Source: Malacoraja senta | Taxonomy: Eukaryota | DNA length: 64,000 nt | Direction: 5' to 3' | Assembly (NCBI GenBank): GCA_038087875.1 | Contig: CM075993.1 | Location: forward strand, 5,706,001 to 5,770,000 | In this document: in pieces, positions 37,201-50,913 of the stretch | Layout: each line of letters opens with the position of its first letter | Numbering within the stretch: the stretch's first letter is position 1 | The notes under the pieces: model-generated | The model's database searches: none | Told to the model about the DNA's origin: nothing | What the model saw: only the letters and a program-made list of their open reading frames with translations | Translations under genes and position numbers: made by a program

Positions 37201-38808
37201 TTATTACTAGAAGAGAAATTTAGGAGGGATGCAAATGACTACGTTTGAAACGCTGTGGGAAAAATCTGATTAGACTCCTATCTGCAATTAATAATTTTAT
37301 CCACTCCCATTTCATCCAATTCAATTGGTCCATTACCCATTCTCCCACCTCAGGGCAAGATTAATGTTGAGACCGACATTGGTTAGGTAAAGCACGGATA
37401 GAATGTGGGGCAGTTCCATGTGCAAGACTCAAGCATGCAGTGACTATCATTCAAGTGTCAGATGAGCTTGCAGGAGTCCCCATGCCCTTAATACGTTAGC
37501 TCCTTTAGAGATTTATTTTTAAATGGATGCTGGGTTCTAATGCTTCCATTTGTACAGTTACAATGCCCTGATTGCAAGGTTGGATTACAGCCAGCAGAAA
37601 AATAAAAAGTGATTTGTTTGGAATTAAATTCAGCAAACTTTCCACTTAATAGCTCATGCCCAAAATGGATTTAGTTTAGAATTGTTTTTTTTATTACTTT
37701 GCATTCACTTTGCTAAGTACTATTGATTACGTTGGAAATTGCAGGATCATGCAACTTTCGTTGACTTTGGCTGCTCTTCAGCAGTACTGCCTTCCCATTC
37801 TTTTATGAGAAACTCATTGACAGCTAACTAGAGGGTTTGTTGGGAAGGATAGAAGGAATCAAAAATATCGCCATATTCCTTGCACAAAAACCCTTGCCAA
37901 CAACCGGCCTGCAATTTTAAATTGTAATCACTTAAAGCTCGCTGGGGGTGAAGCAAAATCGGCAGGCGTAGAGTCACAACACAAACGCAAAGCATTACTG
38001 CTCCCCTTGATGATAAGGAGAACTATAAGTCTTTGTCACCAAACATGCCAAAAGTAGCCTACACATTGTGCAGTCCAGCATGTGACCCAACAGGGCCCCA
38101 GTTCACCACCGCCTCCAATAAATAACAGTATATTATTTACCTGCAGTTAAAAATCAGACTCACAAAGCAAAAAAAAGATTTAGACTTTAGAGATACAGCG
38201 TGGAAACATACCCTTAGGCCTACCGAGTCCATGCCGACCAGCAATCACAACCTAGACTAGCACTATCCTCACACACTAGGGACAATTTGCAACTTACAGA
38301 AGCCAATGAACCTATAAAGATGGTGAAAAATTGTGTCAATAACCAGACCTGGTATTAAAGTCGCCTCGTGGCAGTAAAAAAATATGCTGAAAATTGATAT
38401 GTAGGTGTCCGGTAAAGAGAGAGCTTATATGTTTCCAGAGTCAGGGTAGCAACAGGACAAGGGTCGTCCAGTGAAATGTTAGCTCATTTTTTTTGTACGT
38501 CCACAATTTTCTGTGGGATCAGTATCCTGAGATTAATCTCTGGTAATCATCTAAATGCATCTGTACAATGGTGAAGTCTGATTTTTAACCATGTTAACAT
38601 TGCCGGCTTTCTGCACACAATCCAATACCCAGCAAGCAGCTTTAGTCTTTATATTTGTAATAATAAAATGCGGCAGGAGACTTTCCCCGACGATCTAGCT
38701 TAGCAAAGCTCACGTGGATTCGGATCTGCAAGCCACGTCACAGGTGCAATGGCCTGAAAACAAGATTGATCCATAGCCAACCATGCGGCAGCAAGGTGCA
38801 GGTGATAC

Positions 38809-38988
38809 CGTAGAGGAAGTCGATATCATCCTGCTCCGACATCAGCCAGTTCTTGACGAGACGGATATGGTAGGAGCACTGCTGGAGGTGCCGAGCCAAG
38901 GCGCCGTCAAGGGCTAGACTCTGGGCGAAACTGTAGTCTGCAGAGAGGCGCCTCAGCAACTGAGCCACAGAGCGATTATCCAACATAT
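38809..38988 (-). CDS. PPIP5K1: PPIP5K1 180-nt exon (DMLDNRSVAQLLRRLSADYSFAQSLALDGALARHLQQCSYHIRLVKNWLMSEQDDIDFLY)
   Basis: TAG| acceptor and G|GTATCA donor; phase 1-1 and open; resembles, from memory, the alternative PPIP5K1 segment SLDATLAHHLHQCSYHLRLFRNWL..QDD. Confidence 0.8.
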
Positions 38989-39342
38989 CTAGGGAGTGGG
39001 CACCAGTAGGAAGAGGACAGAAATTAAAGAGGTAACTGAAAGAACACAATTCCCATTGCTTTGACAGAAAATGTGGAAGCATTTGCAAAAACCCCAAATA
39101 TCCAAGAACTTAATGTGCCAGATGAAGAGAAAAAGACCATCGGTCACAACCCAGACCAAAATGAACAAGCATATTTCTTAAACTGGAAGAGCAAAAATAA
39201 AATAAAAGTTGATTATTTATTGTTTAAACACAACTTCTGAATGTCTTGGTGGTTCATGAACTGATTTTTGATGTACAGATCCCACAAAATGTTAATGCAT
39301 CAATGATTGAGGGAGGCGCTGTGGAGATATATGGGGACGTTT

Positions 39343-39497
39343 TTAAGAAGGAACTGCTGATGCTGGAAAATCGAAGGTACACAAAAAAGCTGGAGAAACT
39401 CAGCGGGTGCAGCAGCATCTATGGAAACGTTGCCTATTTCCTTCGCTCCATAGATGCTGCTGCACCCGCTGAGTTTCTCCAGCTTTTTTGTGTACCT
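39343..39497. mobile_element. Penelope-derived palindromic element
   Basis: Inverted arms; flanked by TATATGGGGA(C/A)GTTT. Confidence 0.82.
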
Positions 39498-40536
39498 TAT
39501 ATGGGGAAGTTTATGTTTTTTTCATTTAGCAGGGTGGTTGACATCACATGATAGGGTCTACAGCTAAACACTTCATCAGGAAGTTAGCACTCAAGGCATT
39601 GCTGAATTCCTTTAGCATTGCACTGGGTACCAGTCAGCTTTCCACACAACTCCTCGAGAGCCAGACATGAGAGGGTCCTCTTTCACCCAGAAGCAAGTGA
39701 TCAAGGTCTGTAAAAAGTGTAAACACTGCATTACAAACCTTACAGTCCTGGCAAGAGGTTAGAAAGCAATCTCGCACAATGTCAGCAAAGGGGCTTCCAA
39801 CGTGATCAAGATGCTTTAAAAAAAATTGTATTTACTTGGGGTCTTTTATAGCCTTGAACATGAGGGCAGGCTTGCTGTCATTTAAGGTCTGATCTAATCT
39901 CGGACAGTGTAACACACTCCAAGCGCTACATTGGAATGCTAGCCAAGACTAGAGTCTGAGCCTCCTCTGTGAAACTTCAACGCACATTGCTCTCACTGGG
40001 AGAGGAGCATGTGGACCAGTGTACAACATCATGCCGATGAAATAAAAAACAGCTAATTAACAAAGTACGAGGATCCCTAATATTATTTAAATGCAAACAT
40101 GGCAATTAAATTATTGGCAAATTGATTATGTTAAAGTCAGATTGGTATTGGAGATCAGGAAGGTTTGTGAACCATTGGAGATAGATTACAAGGACTGACC
40201 TGTCCCACACTGCAGGCCGTATCTTGGTTCAGCAGCTTTAAAATATTTCACTTTGCTAATAAATGGCAAACGTTTCCAATCAAATGTAGAGTCAATCTAA
40301 CCCTTTCCAGCACGGACCATCCAAGGGAGGCCTCCCTCTTTTGTGCATCAATACAACACATTGATCCTGCAGCAACAAGGCTCCAGGCAAGGCAACTCGG
40401 ATCAGTTCATGATCATCCTCTTGCTGAAAGAAAGCTGAACATGCTGTGGTGGGAAACTCAATATTCGATCTAAAATCTGAAAGCACGGAGGAAAGACTCT
40501 GCTAATGTAGCTACTAGGGAAGTGTTTTATATAACT

Positions 40537-40811
40537 TTAGTTTAGAAATACAGCGTGGAAACAGGCCCCTCTGTCCACCAAATCCGCACCGACCAGCGAT
40601 CCCAGTAGAAAGGCACAAATCTACACACTAGGGACGATTTACGATCTTTACAGAAGCCAATTACCCTACAAATATGTATGCATTTGGGATGTGGGAGGAA
40701 ACCCATGCAGTCACGGGAAGAACGTGCAAACTCCGTACAGACAGCACCAGTAATCAAGATCGAACCCGAGCCTCTGGCGCCGTAAGGCAGCAACTCTACC
40801 GCTGCGCCACC
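40537..40811 (-). mobile_element. HE1/V-SINE-like SINE
   Basis: Same family on the reverse strand. Confidence 0.82.
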
Positions 40812-41352
40812 CTCAACTAAATAAAATTCAATGAAAAGGAGCCTCCATGAAAATGCAGAAGCAACATGAGTAGACAAAGGTATTTGTGGAAAGGGATCTG
40901 GTACATTGTGGGCACAGAGGCTCGAGGATGGTAATGGTCAAAGTTGACCTGATGAAATCTACATAGGGAAGCTCACAATGTCTTGAATCTCTTTGTTTCT
41001 ATTCTTTAAATGGCAGGTGCAATGTTTCCTCACCACTTAAGTTTAGATAGTTGCATCCTCATTGCTCAATGATGTTTCCACTAAACAGAAGACTCTCTCA
41101 AAGATTCAGATTTGCTGCAAACAAGGAAAAATACGTACAAGAACTGACCACTTATTTTTGTTAATAGGACATCACATGACAGGGTCAACCAAAAAGGGAA
41201 AGTTGATCCTTTGCTGACTAACAAGTCTTGGGCAAGCCATAGGTCAAGGCACAATGGTGGGCCATATCTCTCATTTTAGGAGGGAGAAAATGCAATGTTC
41301 TCTGAAAAGGTTCTTTGTAAGGAAGCTTTGAGGACAACTTGGCACAGTCTAG

Positions 41353-41556
41353 TGTGTACAATGGAACTAGAGATGCTGGTATATACCGAAGATAGACACA
41401 AAGTGCTGGAGTAACTAAGCGGGTCAGGTAGCATCTCTGGAGAAAACGGATGGGTGACATTTCTGAAGAAGAGTCCTGTTCCGAAATGTCACCCATCCTT
41501 TTTCTCCAGGGGTGCTGCCTGATCTACTGAGTTACTCCAGCACTTTATGTCTATCT
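41353..41556. mobile_element. Penelope-derived palindromic element
   Basis: Inverted arms with CTGAAGAAGAG..CCGAAATGTC; flanked by TTGGCACAGTC(T/C)AG. Confidence 0.8.
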
Positions 41557-43082
41557 TTGGCACAGTCCAGCATCTAGATCCCATCACCACCTTCAGAAGG
41601 AGAGGTTGCGATTATTAACGGGGGGAAAAAAATGAGCGCTCCATTTGAAAGACACACATGGAACAGAGCTATCCAGTTACAAACACTAGCAGAAGTGTGA
41701 GTGATAAACACTTTGTTTAACCAGTCAGAAAATGTTCTTTCCAATTTAATTTTCTTTGGTGAACGCATTTAAAAAAAAAAAAAAAAAGAAGCGTGCAGCC
41801 AGAAATAATCTCAGATTGTGAAGAGAATTTTGGTGACTAATGCAAGCAGGGTAGATTATAATGAATTCAAACTTGACTTTCTTGCGAGGTTTTCAAATTG
41901 ATCATTTTCAAAAAGAAATGCATGACATTTCAATAAATAATGTTCTGGTCAATATTTCTCATTTAGATGGAGATTCGGTGTGTTTGCACAAAACTAAATG
42001 TACTGCCCGTTTTTAATGGATGCAGTCGAGTGCATTATCGAGTTTGATTTATTCTTCTGGCGATGTCTAATGCAAAACTGAATTGTATACAATTACCTTT
42101 TTCTAGTCGCCCTCTTTCTTACTGTAGTGCACCACACAGGAGTGTAGATCCCACCTACTCCCCCCCCCCCCCCCCCCCACCCACCCATGCCCTCATTCCT
42201 CCCCAACTCCAGTGTCCTACATGAATTACAAAAACTTATGGCAAAAGAGGCAGCAACCACAGTTGTCATAAGCATAACAAAAGACTGCCCCTCGTCTTCA
42301 CAAATATCGAGAGACATGCACTTTCTTTCTTGTATTTCTGGCACTGTGATGCAGGTTAGGAGACCTGGTCAACTACTGTTCTCCCCAAGTGTCTCATTCC
42401 ACCCACCAACCCCATCTCCTTTGGTTGATAGCACATTGGCTGAGATCAGTTCAATCAACGTGCAGCAAGAACAGCATCTGGTCTGTGGGCTTCAGCAACA
42501 CTTAGAATGAATACACTTCGGATTGAGGTGCAAAGGTACCAAGACTTGAGCACGGCAGGCTAGCCGAACAACGATCTCCTAGCATGGACACCAGCCCCTC
42601 TGGTGACCTTGGTCACCAACTGACCCACTCGATGGAAAAAACGACCATGCATCCAAAAAACCTGTAAAAGACAGTCAAGTTCTCCGATGGTTAACTGTGG
42701 ACAGTGAAGTAAAATCAAGAGGTGCAAATAGTCACCAGTGAATGCTTCACAACAGGTGAAATGGAATGATCGACTGGTGTGACTGCCATTCATAACTGAT
42801 GGAGATTTATCGGGAGGAAACGTCACCAACATAAAAGGTTTAAAAAACAATGTGGAACTCTTCTTGGGAAGAAGAACCACTGAATCATACTAAAAGATTT
42901 TTGTGTGGTAGTGCTGAAATCGTGAAAAAAAAAAAATACAAAGACAAAAAGAGAAATCGAGAAAGATTGTAGTGGACATTTAAAAGATTTTTTTTTAAGC
43001 ACGAGTGCATTTAAGAACCATGCAAAAACAAAAAGTCAAAAAGTTAGGACTGTAAAGGATAATTGAAAAGAAGCAAACATAC

Positions 43083-43145
43083 CATTAGTCGGATGCTTTG
43101 CAAACGAGACAGAAAATCTTTTAACGGCTGGCATAGATAACATTT
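43083..43145 (-). CDS. PPIP5K1: PPIP5K1 63-nt exon (EMLSMPAVKRFSVSFAKHPTN)
   Basis: CAG| acceptor and G|GTATGT donor; phase 1-1; conserved AVKRFSVSFAKHPTN motif. Confidence 0.92.
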
Positions 43146-44315
43146 CTGAGGAAACAAAAAGGACTGAAGTTAAAACTAACACCACTTCAGTTTTAACATA
43201 GAACCTCCTACATCAGATGAGGGTGACAACTGACTGAAAGAAATGCAATCCCGATCCTTTCTCACCCAGGCCACCTGACATAACATCCTCCCTGTTTGGG
43301 AGAGATGCCTGGGACATCAAGACAGATCAGTATTCAGGAATAAAACCAGGCAGGCCTACACGTGGTCAGTAATGAGTCTTTCTCCATCCAATAAACCACA
43401 TGTGTCATCCAATGTGACCATTTGGGTGACAGGCACAGAGCCTAGCTCAAGTACTGAAAGTCATCATCCCAGGTTGGGGGGAGGGGGGGCAGATATTTCA
43501 AATGCAAACAAGCTCGGAGCTTCAAAAAGAGGAAAATGGACACCTTAAACGGCTGGAAGCCATTCTAAGAGTCAATGTTCTTTGTGGTGTTGATAGCCCC
43601 GTTAATTGTAAACTGGAACTGGTCAGGTTGCTGTGAAGTGGCAATGTCACAACAGTAAGTGTGATCTAACAACAACTTCACTCAGATGCATCCAAGAGAC
43701 CAGGCGATGGACAGCTGGGACTCTTAGCCTTGGCCCAGTCTCATTGACTTTTCCCCAAGCCACCTCATACTAGCTCAGAATGTTATTCCATTCTTGACTG
43801 CTTCCAAAATTCCCCCATACACTTCCATACCAACTTATTTAGTATCAATAGCTCACATTTACCACAGAATGAAATACGAGGACCAAAATTATAATCTGTA
43901 CACTTCCTCTCATAACAGGCATGGTCATGACCAAGAACTATGTTTCCAAGAGGATAGAGTGAACAGGATGTTGGAGTAACAAATAAAACACAGGACACTC
44001 AACCGATGACTTGATGATCAGATCACAGATGAATGAAAAAGTTGAAGCTGAGGCTGCACTCAAGCACATCCACTGCAGGAGTTTAGTCAGTTTGTTCCTC
44101 TTTTGCTGATTCTTGCCATCTCAAGGTTACCTTTGGCCCAGTGACAATGTCAGAAGCAAGTCCAGACAGTATCGGCAGGCAGTCTGCCCAAGAAAGGGCA
44201 GAGTCACACTGGAGATCATCAGTGTTCATGCATGCCCAAGAAAGACAAACACACAGACAGAACAAACAAGTTTCCAGTGTGAAAGTTAATCAGTGATCAA
44301 AAGTGATAAGACTAA

Positions 44316-44621
44316 AGGGCCTGTCCCACTTATTCAATTTTTTCCGCGACTTGCCGGCACCCGTCATAGTTGCAGCAGGTCGCCGAAAATTTTCAATATG
44401 TTGAAAATCCAGTGGCGACCAGAAAAAGGTACGACTCTTTGGGTGACTACTCAAGACCAAACAGGCATCACCCCGTGACATGTAGCGGGGGTGACGCATG
44501 TATGGTCATGAGCAGTCGCCCAAAGAGTCGTACCTTTTTCTGGTCGCCGCTGGATTTTCAACGTTTCGAAAATTTTCGGCGGCAAGTCACTGAAAAAAAG
44601 TGCGTAAGTGGGACAGGCCCT
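44316..44621. mobile_element. Harbinger-type MITE, internal type B
   Basis: TIR AGGGCCTGTCCCACTTA; TAA/TAA flanks; long internal inverted repeats. Confidence 0.82.
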
Positions 44622-44731
44622 TAAAGACCTACTTTTTCAGTTTAGTTTATTGTTACGTGTACCGAGGTACAGTGTAATGACGCCATGCTTAATGCCTCCA
44701 CTGTTGTCCCAGCTATGACCTGCCAACTTAA

Positions 44732-45048
44732 TGGGCCTGTCCCACTGTAAGAGCTCACTCAAGAGCTCTCCCGAATTTAAAAAAAAAATCTAACTCGTAG
44801 AAGCACGTAGAATGTACGTAGCGGGTACGTCGGAGCTCGGGACGTCTCTTAGCGGCTCGTAAAGCTAACGTCAAGTACTTGGGAAACGCGGTAAGCTCAG
44901 GAAGACTCGTGAAGATTTTTCAACATGTTGAAAAATGACCACAAGAGCCCCGAGTACCTACGAGCGGCCATTAACGTAAATCTCCGAGTTCGAATCAGGG
45001 CAAACTCGGGAGAACTCTTGAATGAACTCGTACAGTGGGACAGGGCCA
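44732..45048. mobile_element. Harbinger-type MITE, internal type C
   Basis: Imperfect TIR of about 40 bp starting TGG(G/C)CCTGTCCCACTGTA; inverted copy at 50914-51223. Confidence 0.8.
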
Positions 45049-47304
45049 TTATGTAGACAAAGGGTCGAGTGACTCATGGATGTAAACAGTTGCCCACTGG
45101 AAGCATCTGTCACCCCCGAAATCTCTACCCTTCAGAGTTTGGAGGAGAATGGGTTATAGCCATTAATGGTATCAAACCTCTCAAATATTTTCAATCCTAG
45201 TTCTTTAATCCTTTTGTTTGGGATGGACAATCCAGCCAGTGATCTGGCCAGGTAATCAATTTGCATTCATATTGTTTTGTTGCTTCTGATGATGATGAGG
45301 AAACTTTGTGCAGCATTAAAACTCAAATCAACTTGGATTAGTTCTGTGATGACAACAGAACCACCTGCAAGTGTGATAAACCGCTTTAAAATCAACTTTG
45401 CAACTGCTGGATAGGATGCATCTCGAAAACAAAAGAAATCGAAAGGAAACAAATCGCAAGAAGGAACAAAATTATATTAAATAAACCACTTCTAATCTTT
45501 TATGAGGTGAGGAGCAGCTTAGAGCTCAGATGATCACACTTTTAAAATGGCTTGGCTACATAATAATTTCCCGTGCACTTGATGAAAGATCCAGCATTAG
45601 GATGCTCGGGTGGTGGAGACAGCCAAGGCTCGGGTTCAAGAAGTCCATGGCTGTGGGAAAGGGAATAATTGGTGCTGGAATTTTTCAGCTGGAAACATTT
45701 ACTTAAACCCAGTCCAGTTCTTTACATTAACATTTTTGCTGATATCCAGACTGGATTTGATTATTAGACTACATTAAAATGATCACAAACGCAGTCAAAA
45801 CTGGACACAGACAATCGGAATAGTCTGCAGTCTACTTCAAAGCACAAGGATGAGACTGAAGATAAGGACAAAGGCAAAATAAAAGCCAGGACTAAAATGA
45901 ATGATCTAACTCATCGCCAGGCATACAAGCAACATTGACAATTTAATTATCAAGAAAAAATACTGAGTCAGAGCCAGAAGACTTCTTGCCAAAGGCAACA
46001 ACATGTCCTTGTCTCCCTTTACTCTGTTCCAACTACACTTTGTATTAATTGACAGCAGCTCACACAGCTTTGGCACACAAAGTACACAATTTTAAAAAAA
46101 TGATTCTCAAACTATAACCTTAGTAGCTAGATAAGATTATTACCAAACGTTAATGGGTTTTGATATTTTCTCATGGAAGAGGGCACAGGATTAACAGAAA
46201 TCCCCAAACGCACTCAAGAAGAGTTGAGCCACTTTAGTCATAGAGTTGTACAGCACAGAAATGGGCCCTTCAGCCCATCATGAACATGCTGACCTTTATG
46301 CCCAACTACTCATCCCATTTGCCTCCACTTGGTCTATTCTTCTATATCCTGCGTATTCAAGTGCCCATCTAAAATATCTCTCAAGCATTGCAATTGTTAT
46401 TTAACTACCTCTTCTGGCAGAGTGTTCCAGATATCAATTGCTCTGTAAAAAAAAAAACGTTCTCCTCAAAGCCCCTTTAAAACTCATTCGCACCTTAAAC
46501 CTATGCCTTTTTGTTTTTGATACTTCTACCAATGGAAAATAATTCTGACTACCTACACTATCCATGCCTCTCATAATTTTATCTACCTATAACAGATCAC
46601 TGCTCAGTCTCCTTCACTTCAAACACAGTCTATCCAATCTCAACCCATGACAAAAGACGTCCAATCATTCTTGAATGTATTGTCAAGATGCTACTGAATA
46701 GGACGATTCTGGTTTAAGACCCGGCATTGATGAAGGAATGGTGAAAAATTCTCAGGTGATAATGATCCGTGATCCAAATGGAAAACTGCAGGGCGTGGGT
46801 AGTCTTCTCACAAGGCTTTCCCCCTGATCCTTCAATGCATACAGATAATGTAAAGGTTGACTATTCGCAAGTTGCTGCAGACAATCCTATAGCCAGTATG
46901 CACTGTAACTAACGGTGGTGAATAAGGTGCTGATTAATTTGGCTGTTTTGTACTAAAAGGCATCAAGCTTCAGGAGCTGTTGGAGCAGCGCTCATCCAAA
47001 CTGGTGGAGGTAATGCTCATCGCATACCTGACGCCTTTTCCATTCATCTTTATGAGACATGGACATTGCTGATAGCATCTCCAAATATCTTTGAGCTTGT
47101 GACAGTGAGCTGCCTTCTTGAACCATTGCATTTTTTTCTGGTTTCGACACACACACACACACTTTAGGGTGTATCTTTAGGTCTGAAGAAGGTTCTCAAC
47201 CTGAAACGGCCACCTATTCTTGTTCTCCAGTACTTGGGTGTCCTTTTATGTAAACCAACATCTGCAGTTCCTTGTTTCCCCACTTTAGGTGTTGGAAAGA
47301 CTAA

Positions 47305-47513
47305 AGGGCCTGTCCCACTTGGGCGTCGTTTGCGCGTCACGCAGATGGCGCGCAAAGATTTTGTACATCCCAAAATCCTGGGGCTCGTAGTGACGTAGGC
47401 CGTGCGCGACCGCCTACGTCACCATGCACCATGTGCGCATCACATGCACGTCACGCGCTCGCGTTGTGACACGTAAATGATGTTGCGTAAATGACGCCCA
47501 AATGGGACAGGCC
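47305..47513. mobile_element. Harbinger-type MITE, short and CpG-rich
   Basis: GGCCTGTCCCACTTGGGCGTC..GACGCCCAAATGGGACAGGCC; the right flank is degraded. Confidence 0.75.
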
Positions 47514-47864
47514 AAGGGTTCAGGAGGTGAGTCACAATCCATTTTAAACGTTGCAATACCACATTTACCAGATTTGTGCAAATCTCACAGGAATTAACAA
47601 TTGCACAGAAGATGCCTTGTTTTCTTGCATCCAGATACTTCTATATTATTTTAATTAAATTAAAGCAAGCAGTCCAAACAGACAGGTACTTTATCAAATA
47701 ATTAAATACTGCAATTAACAAAGACTCAAACCAGTAGATCACTTAATTTGCCCAGGAGAATACAGTGAGTGATGTATGAGTTAATTATGGATAAGTAGAC
47801 AAGCTGCCCTTGCTTGTGATGCCCATATTCCAATCATCTGGATCATATTTGGTCTCACAATTCA

Positions 47865-48580
47865 AGGTTTCAAGATCAGTTTATTGTCACATGTACCAAT
47901 TAAGGCACAGTGAAATTCCAATTACCATACAGCCATACTAAAAAAAAAAGCAACAAGACACACAGCTACCTAAAAGTTAACATAAACATCCACCACAGTG
48001 GATTCCCCACATTCCTCACTATGATGGAAGGCAATAAAGTCCAATCTCCTGCCTCTTTATTCTCCCGCGGTCGGGGCAGTAGAACCATCCGCAGTCGGGG
48101 TGATCGAAGCCCCCGCAGCCGGCGGTCGAAGCCCCCATGTCGGGGTGATCGAAGCTCCCGCGGTGGGGCGGTCGAAAGCTCCTGCAGCTTGGAGTTCCCC
48201 GAAGTCGGTCTCTAACCAGAGACCGCGGGCTCCCCGATGTTAAAGTCCCGCAGGCTCTCACGGTTGGAGCCCCAAAGACGACCCCCGACGGGGATCGCAA
48301 GCTCCGTGATGGTATGTCCTGCAGGCTCGCGCGATGGAGCTCCAGGTCGATCTCCAGCAAAGGCCGCCAACTCCTCGGTGTTAGGCCGCAGTGCGGACAG
48401 AGATACGATACGGAAATAAATCACATCTCCGTCGAGGTAAGAGATTAGAAAAGGTTTCCAACCCCTCCCCCACATAAAACAAGCTCAAGAACACAAAAAA
48501 ACATATTTAACACATACAAAACAGACACAAAGGAAAGGACAGACAGACTGTAGGCGAGGCAGCCATTGCCGGCGCCAGCA
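47865..48580 (-). mobile_element. GC-rich non-coding interspersed repeat with a Rex1-like tail
   Basis: Its 5' region of about 250 nt is similar to 59675-59900; internal tandem GATCGAAGC(C/T)CCC repeats; tail GTGACAATAAAC. Confidence 0.6.
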
Positions 48581-49747
48581 AAATTCATTCAAATTTGTAA
48601 TATTTCAGCACATATCGGCTAGATTACAAATATTAAGCAGGTGTTAGAAAAACCAAGTACAACACCTCTTCCAGCATCCAAACACATGCATTAAGATTAA
48701 CAACCCCCAAGCAGAAAGTAGGAACCAGCACTATCTGAACGGCCTCGATCCAAAACGTCACCCATTCATTCTCTCCAGAGAAGGCTGGCCTCTGAGATCA
48801 ACATCTGCTAAATTAGTCATCTTTTCACAGGGAATCATAGTTCCTTCAATGGAAGATGGAGAGGGAGGTCATGTACATAAGATCATAAGTTATTGGAACA
48901 GAATTAGGCCATTCGGCCCATCAAGTCTACTCTGCCATTCAATCATAGCTGATCCATCTTTCCCTCTCAACCCCATTCTCCTGCCTTCTGCCCCATAACC
49001 CGTGACATCCGTACGAATCAAGATGTCATGTTATTTTGCCTCATGATTAACATAGTGATTGCCTGCTTACTTTCATCCCTCCAGCCTCCAGCAAACTACT
49101 CAATTGGGCCATGGTCACAAAACAGATAACAGACCCTTCATCTTGAAACTCTAACATACACAGTCATTACCCTAATTAAAGCACACATCCGATAATTCGT
49201 CAACCACATCAGCCTGGGAGCCCCATTTCTCCATTTCCTCTTATCTCCAAGTCTCCTGTATCCTTCTCTTGATGGTGCCAACATTTCTCGAGGGTGTAGA
49301 GCCAAGGGTACCAGGAGCAACTGGCCAGTCGCCCACCATCAGCACAGGTGATGACACCAAAGGCAAGTTGGAAGAGTATCAGCAGATACTCAGCAGATCA
49401 GAAGAGTAATCAGCAGCAGAATAATGGCATCCTGTGGTATTCCCAACACTCCAGCTAAGCTTGGTCATCTAGCTTGGTGAGAGCAGTTCACTTCCTTTAT
49501 GTCTCCGTATCACAATGCCACATAGCCCACTAATCCCATTTCTAGTTGGTACAATGTTAACTAACTAATGAGCTCTACATTCACCACACATAGCTGGTTA
49601 ATTGATAACTGAATTATGTATAGGAAACATATTACACGAACAACAACATTGAAGATCATTTGCTTAATGTTGGAAGATGAGGGTTGATGCCTATGAATTC
49701 CAACGGGCAATTTTCTAGAATCTCCTAAATCAATTGTATTAAAGGCA

Positions 49748-50194
49748 TTTACGATGAGAGAATGGAGCAGCTGGGCTTGTACACTCTGGAGTTTAGAAGG
49801 ATGAGACGGGATCTCATTGAAACATATAAGATTGTTAAGGGCTTGGACACACTAGAGGAAGAAAACATGTTCCCGATGTTGGGGGGAGTCCAGAACCAGG
49901 GGCCACAGTTTAAGAATAAGGAGTAAGCCATTTAGAAGGGAGACGAGGAAACACTTTTTCTCACAGGGAGTGTTGAGTCTGTGGAATTCTCTGCCTCAGA
50001 GGGCGGTGGAGGCAGGTTCTCGGGATGCTTTCAAGAGAGAGCTAGATAGGGCTCTTTAAAAATAGCAGAGTCAGGGGATATGGGGAGAAGGCAGGAACGG
50101 GGTACTGATTGAGGATGATCAGCCATGATCACATTGAATGGCGGTGCTGGCTCGAAGGGCCAAATGGCCTACTCCAGCACCTATTGTCTATTGA

Positions 50195-50195
<1 letters not shown>
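49748..50195 (+). mobile_element. CR1 LINE 3' fragment
   Basis: CR1 ORF2 end and 3' UTR ending CCTATTGTCTATTG. Confidence 0.82.
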
Positions 50196-50234
<39 letters not shown>

Positions 50235-50316
50235 CGTAGTGTGTGTGCGTGTGTGTGTGTGTGTGTGGTGTGTGCGCGTAGTGTGTGTGCGTGTGCGTGT
50301 GCGTGTGCGTGTGTGT
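50196..50316. repeat. (TG)n/(TGCG)n microsatellite
   Basis: Directly visible. Confidence 0.92.
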
Positions 50317-50740
50317 TTTTACTGCACTGGAGAAGCTTCCAAATTAATTGTAATTGTGTCAGCACTTCATAAAAATAGCATTCAAGAAAAAATAGATGCA
50401 CTTTGAGTCTCACAATACCACGTGACTCAGCTACAATTATCTTAAAAGATTCTCCAGCGATAGGTAGGCAGAGAGTCTTGGCAGAATCAGAACAAACTCA
50501 CAATTGTCCTCTGATCTTACTGCACAAATGTGTACTACATACAACCAGATGGTGGCTTTGAATGAAAAGTCATGATTTTTAAAGGACATTCCCACAAAAC
50601 CCACCTCCACCCTGCCCCATAATGGGAAAATTCTTACTGAAATGGTTTGCATGAAATGAGAACGCTCAAAGATGGCAGCAATAGGACCTCTTCCAACATA
50701 GTTGAGGCAGCAAATTGAAGACAATTCTCAGCAAACCTAC

Positions 50741-50866
50741 CATCCTTCAGAGAAAAGTAATTGGAGCCACTTTTTCTGCGGTGCAAGCGGGCGTAGTCTT
50801 GGAGGTTGGGGGCACTGGAAGAGCCACCAAGTACTGTGGTACTGAACAAACCAGCACATTGGGAAC
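50741..50866 (-). CDS. PPIP5K1: PPIP5K1 exon ([42 protein letters not shown])
   Basis: CAG| acceptor and G|GTAGGT donor; 126 nt, phase 1-1; contains the PPIP5K signature [22 protein letters not shown]. Confidence 0.93.
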
Positions 50867-50913
50867 CTGCACAAGATGGTTAGGTGTTAGGTCAAAAAGA
50901 AAACATTTAGTAA

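Noticed and set aside
42097..42121. Possible 25-nt micro-exon on - (CAG|..AAG|GTAATT)
   Set aside because: Not frame-preserving and has a weak pyrimidine tract.
42560..42661. Acceptor-like TTTTACAG followed by GFLDAWSFFPS on -
   Set aside because: Only superficial likeness to the GF..SMVP exon; stops after about 27 codons. Not supportable without RNA data.
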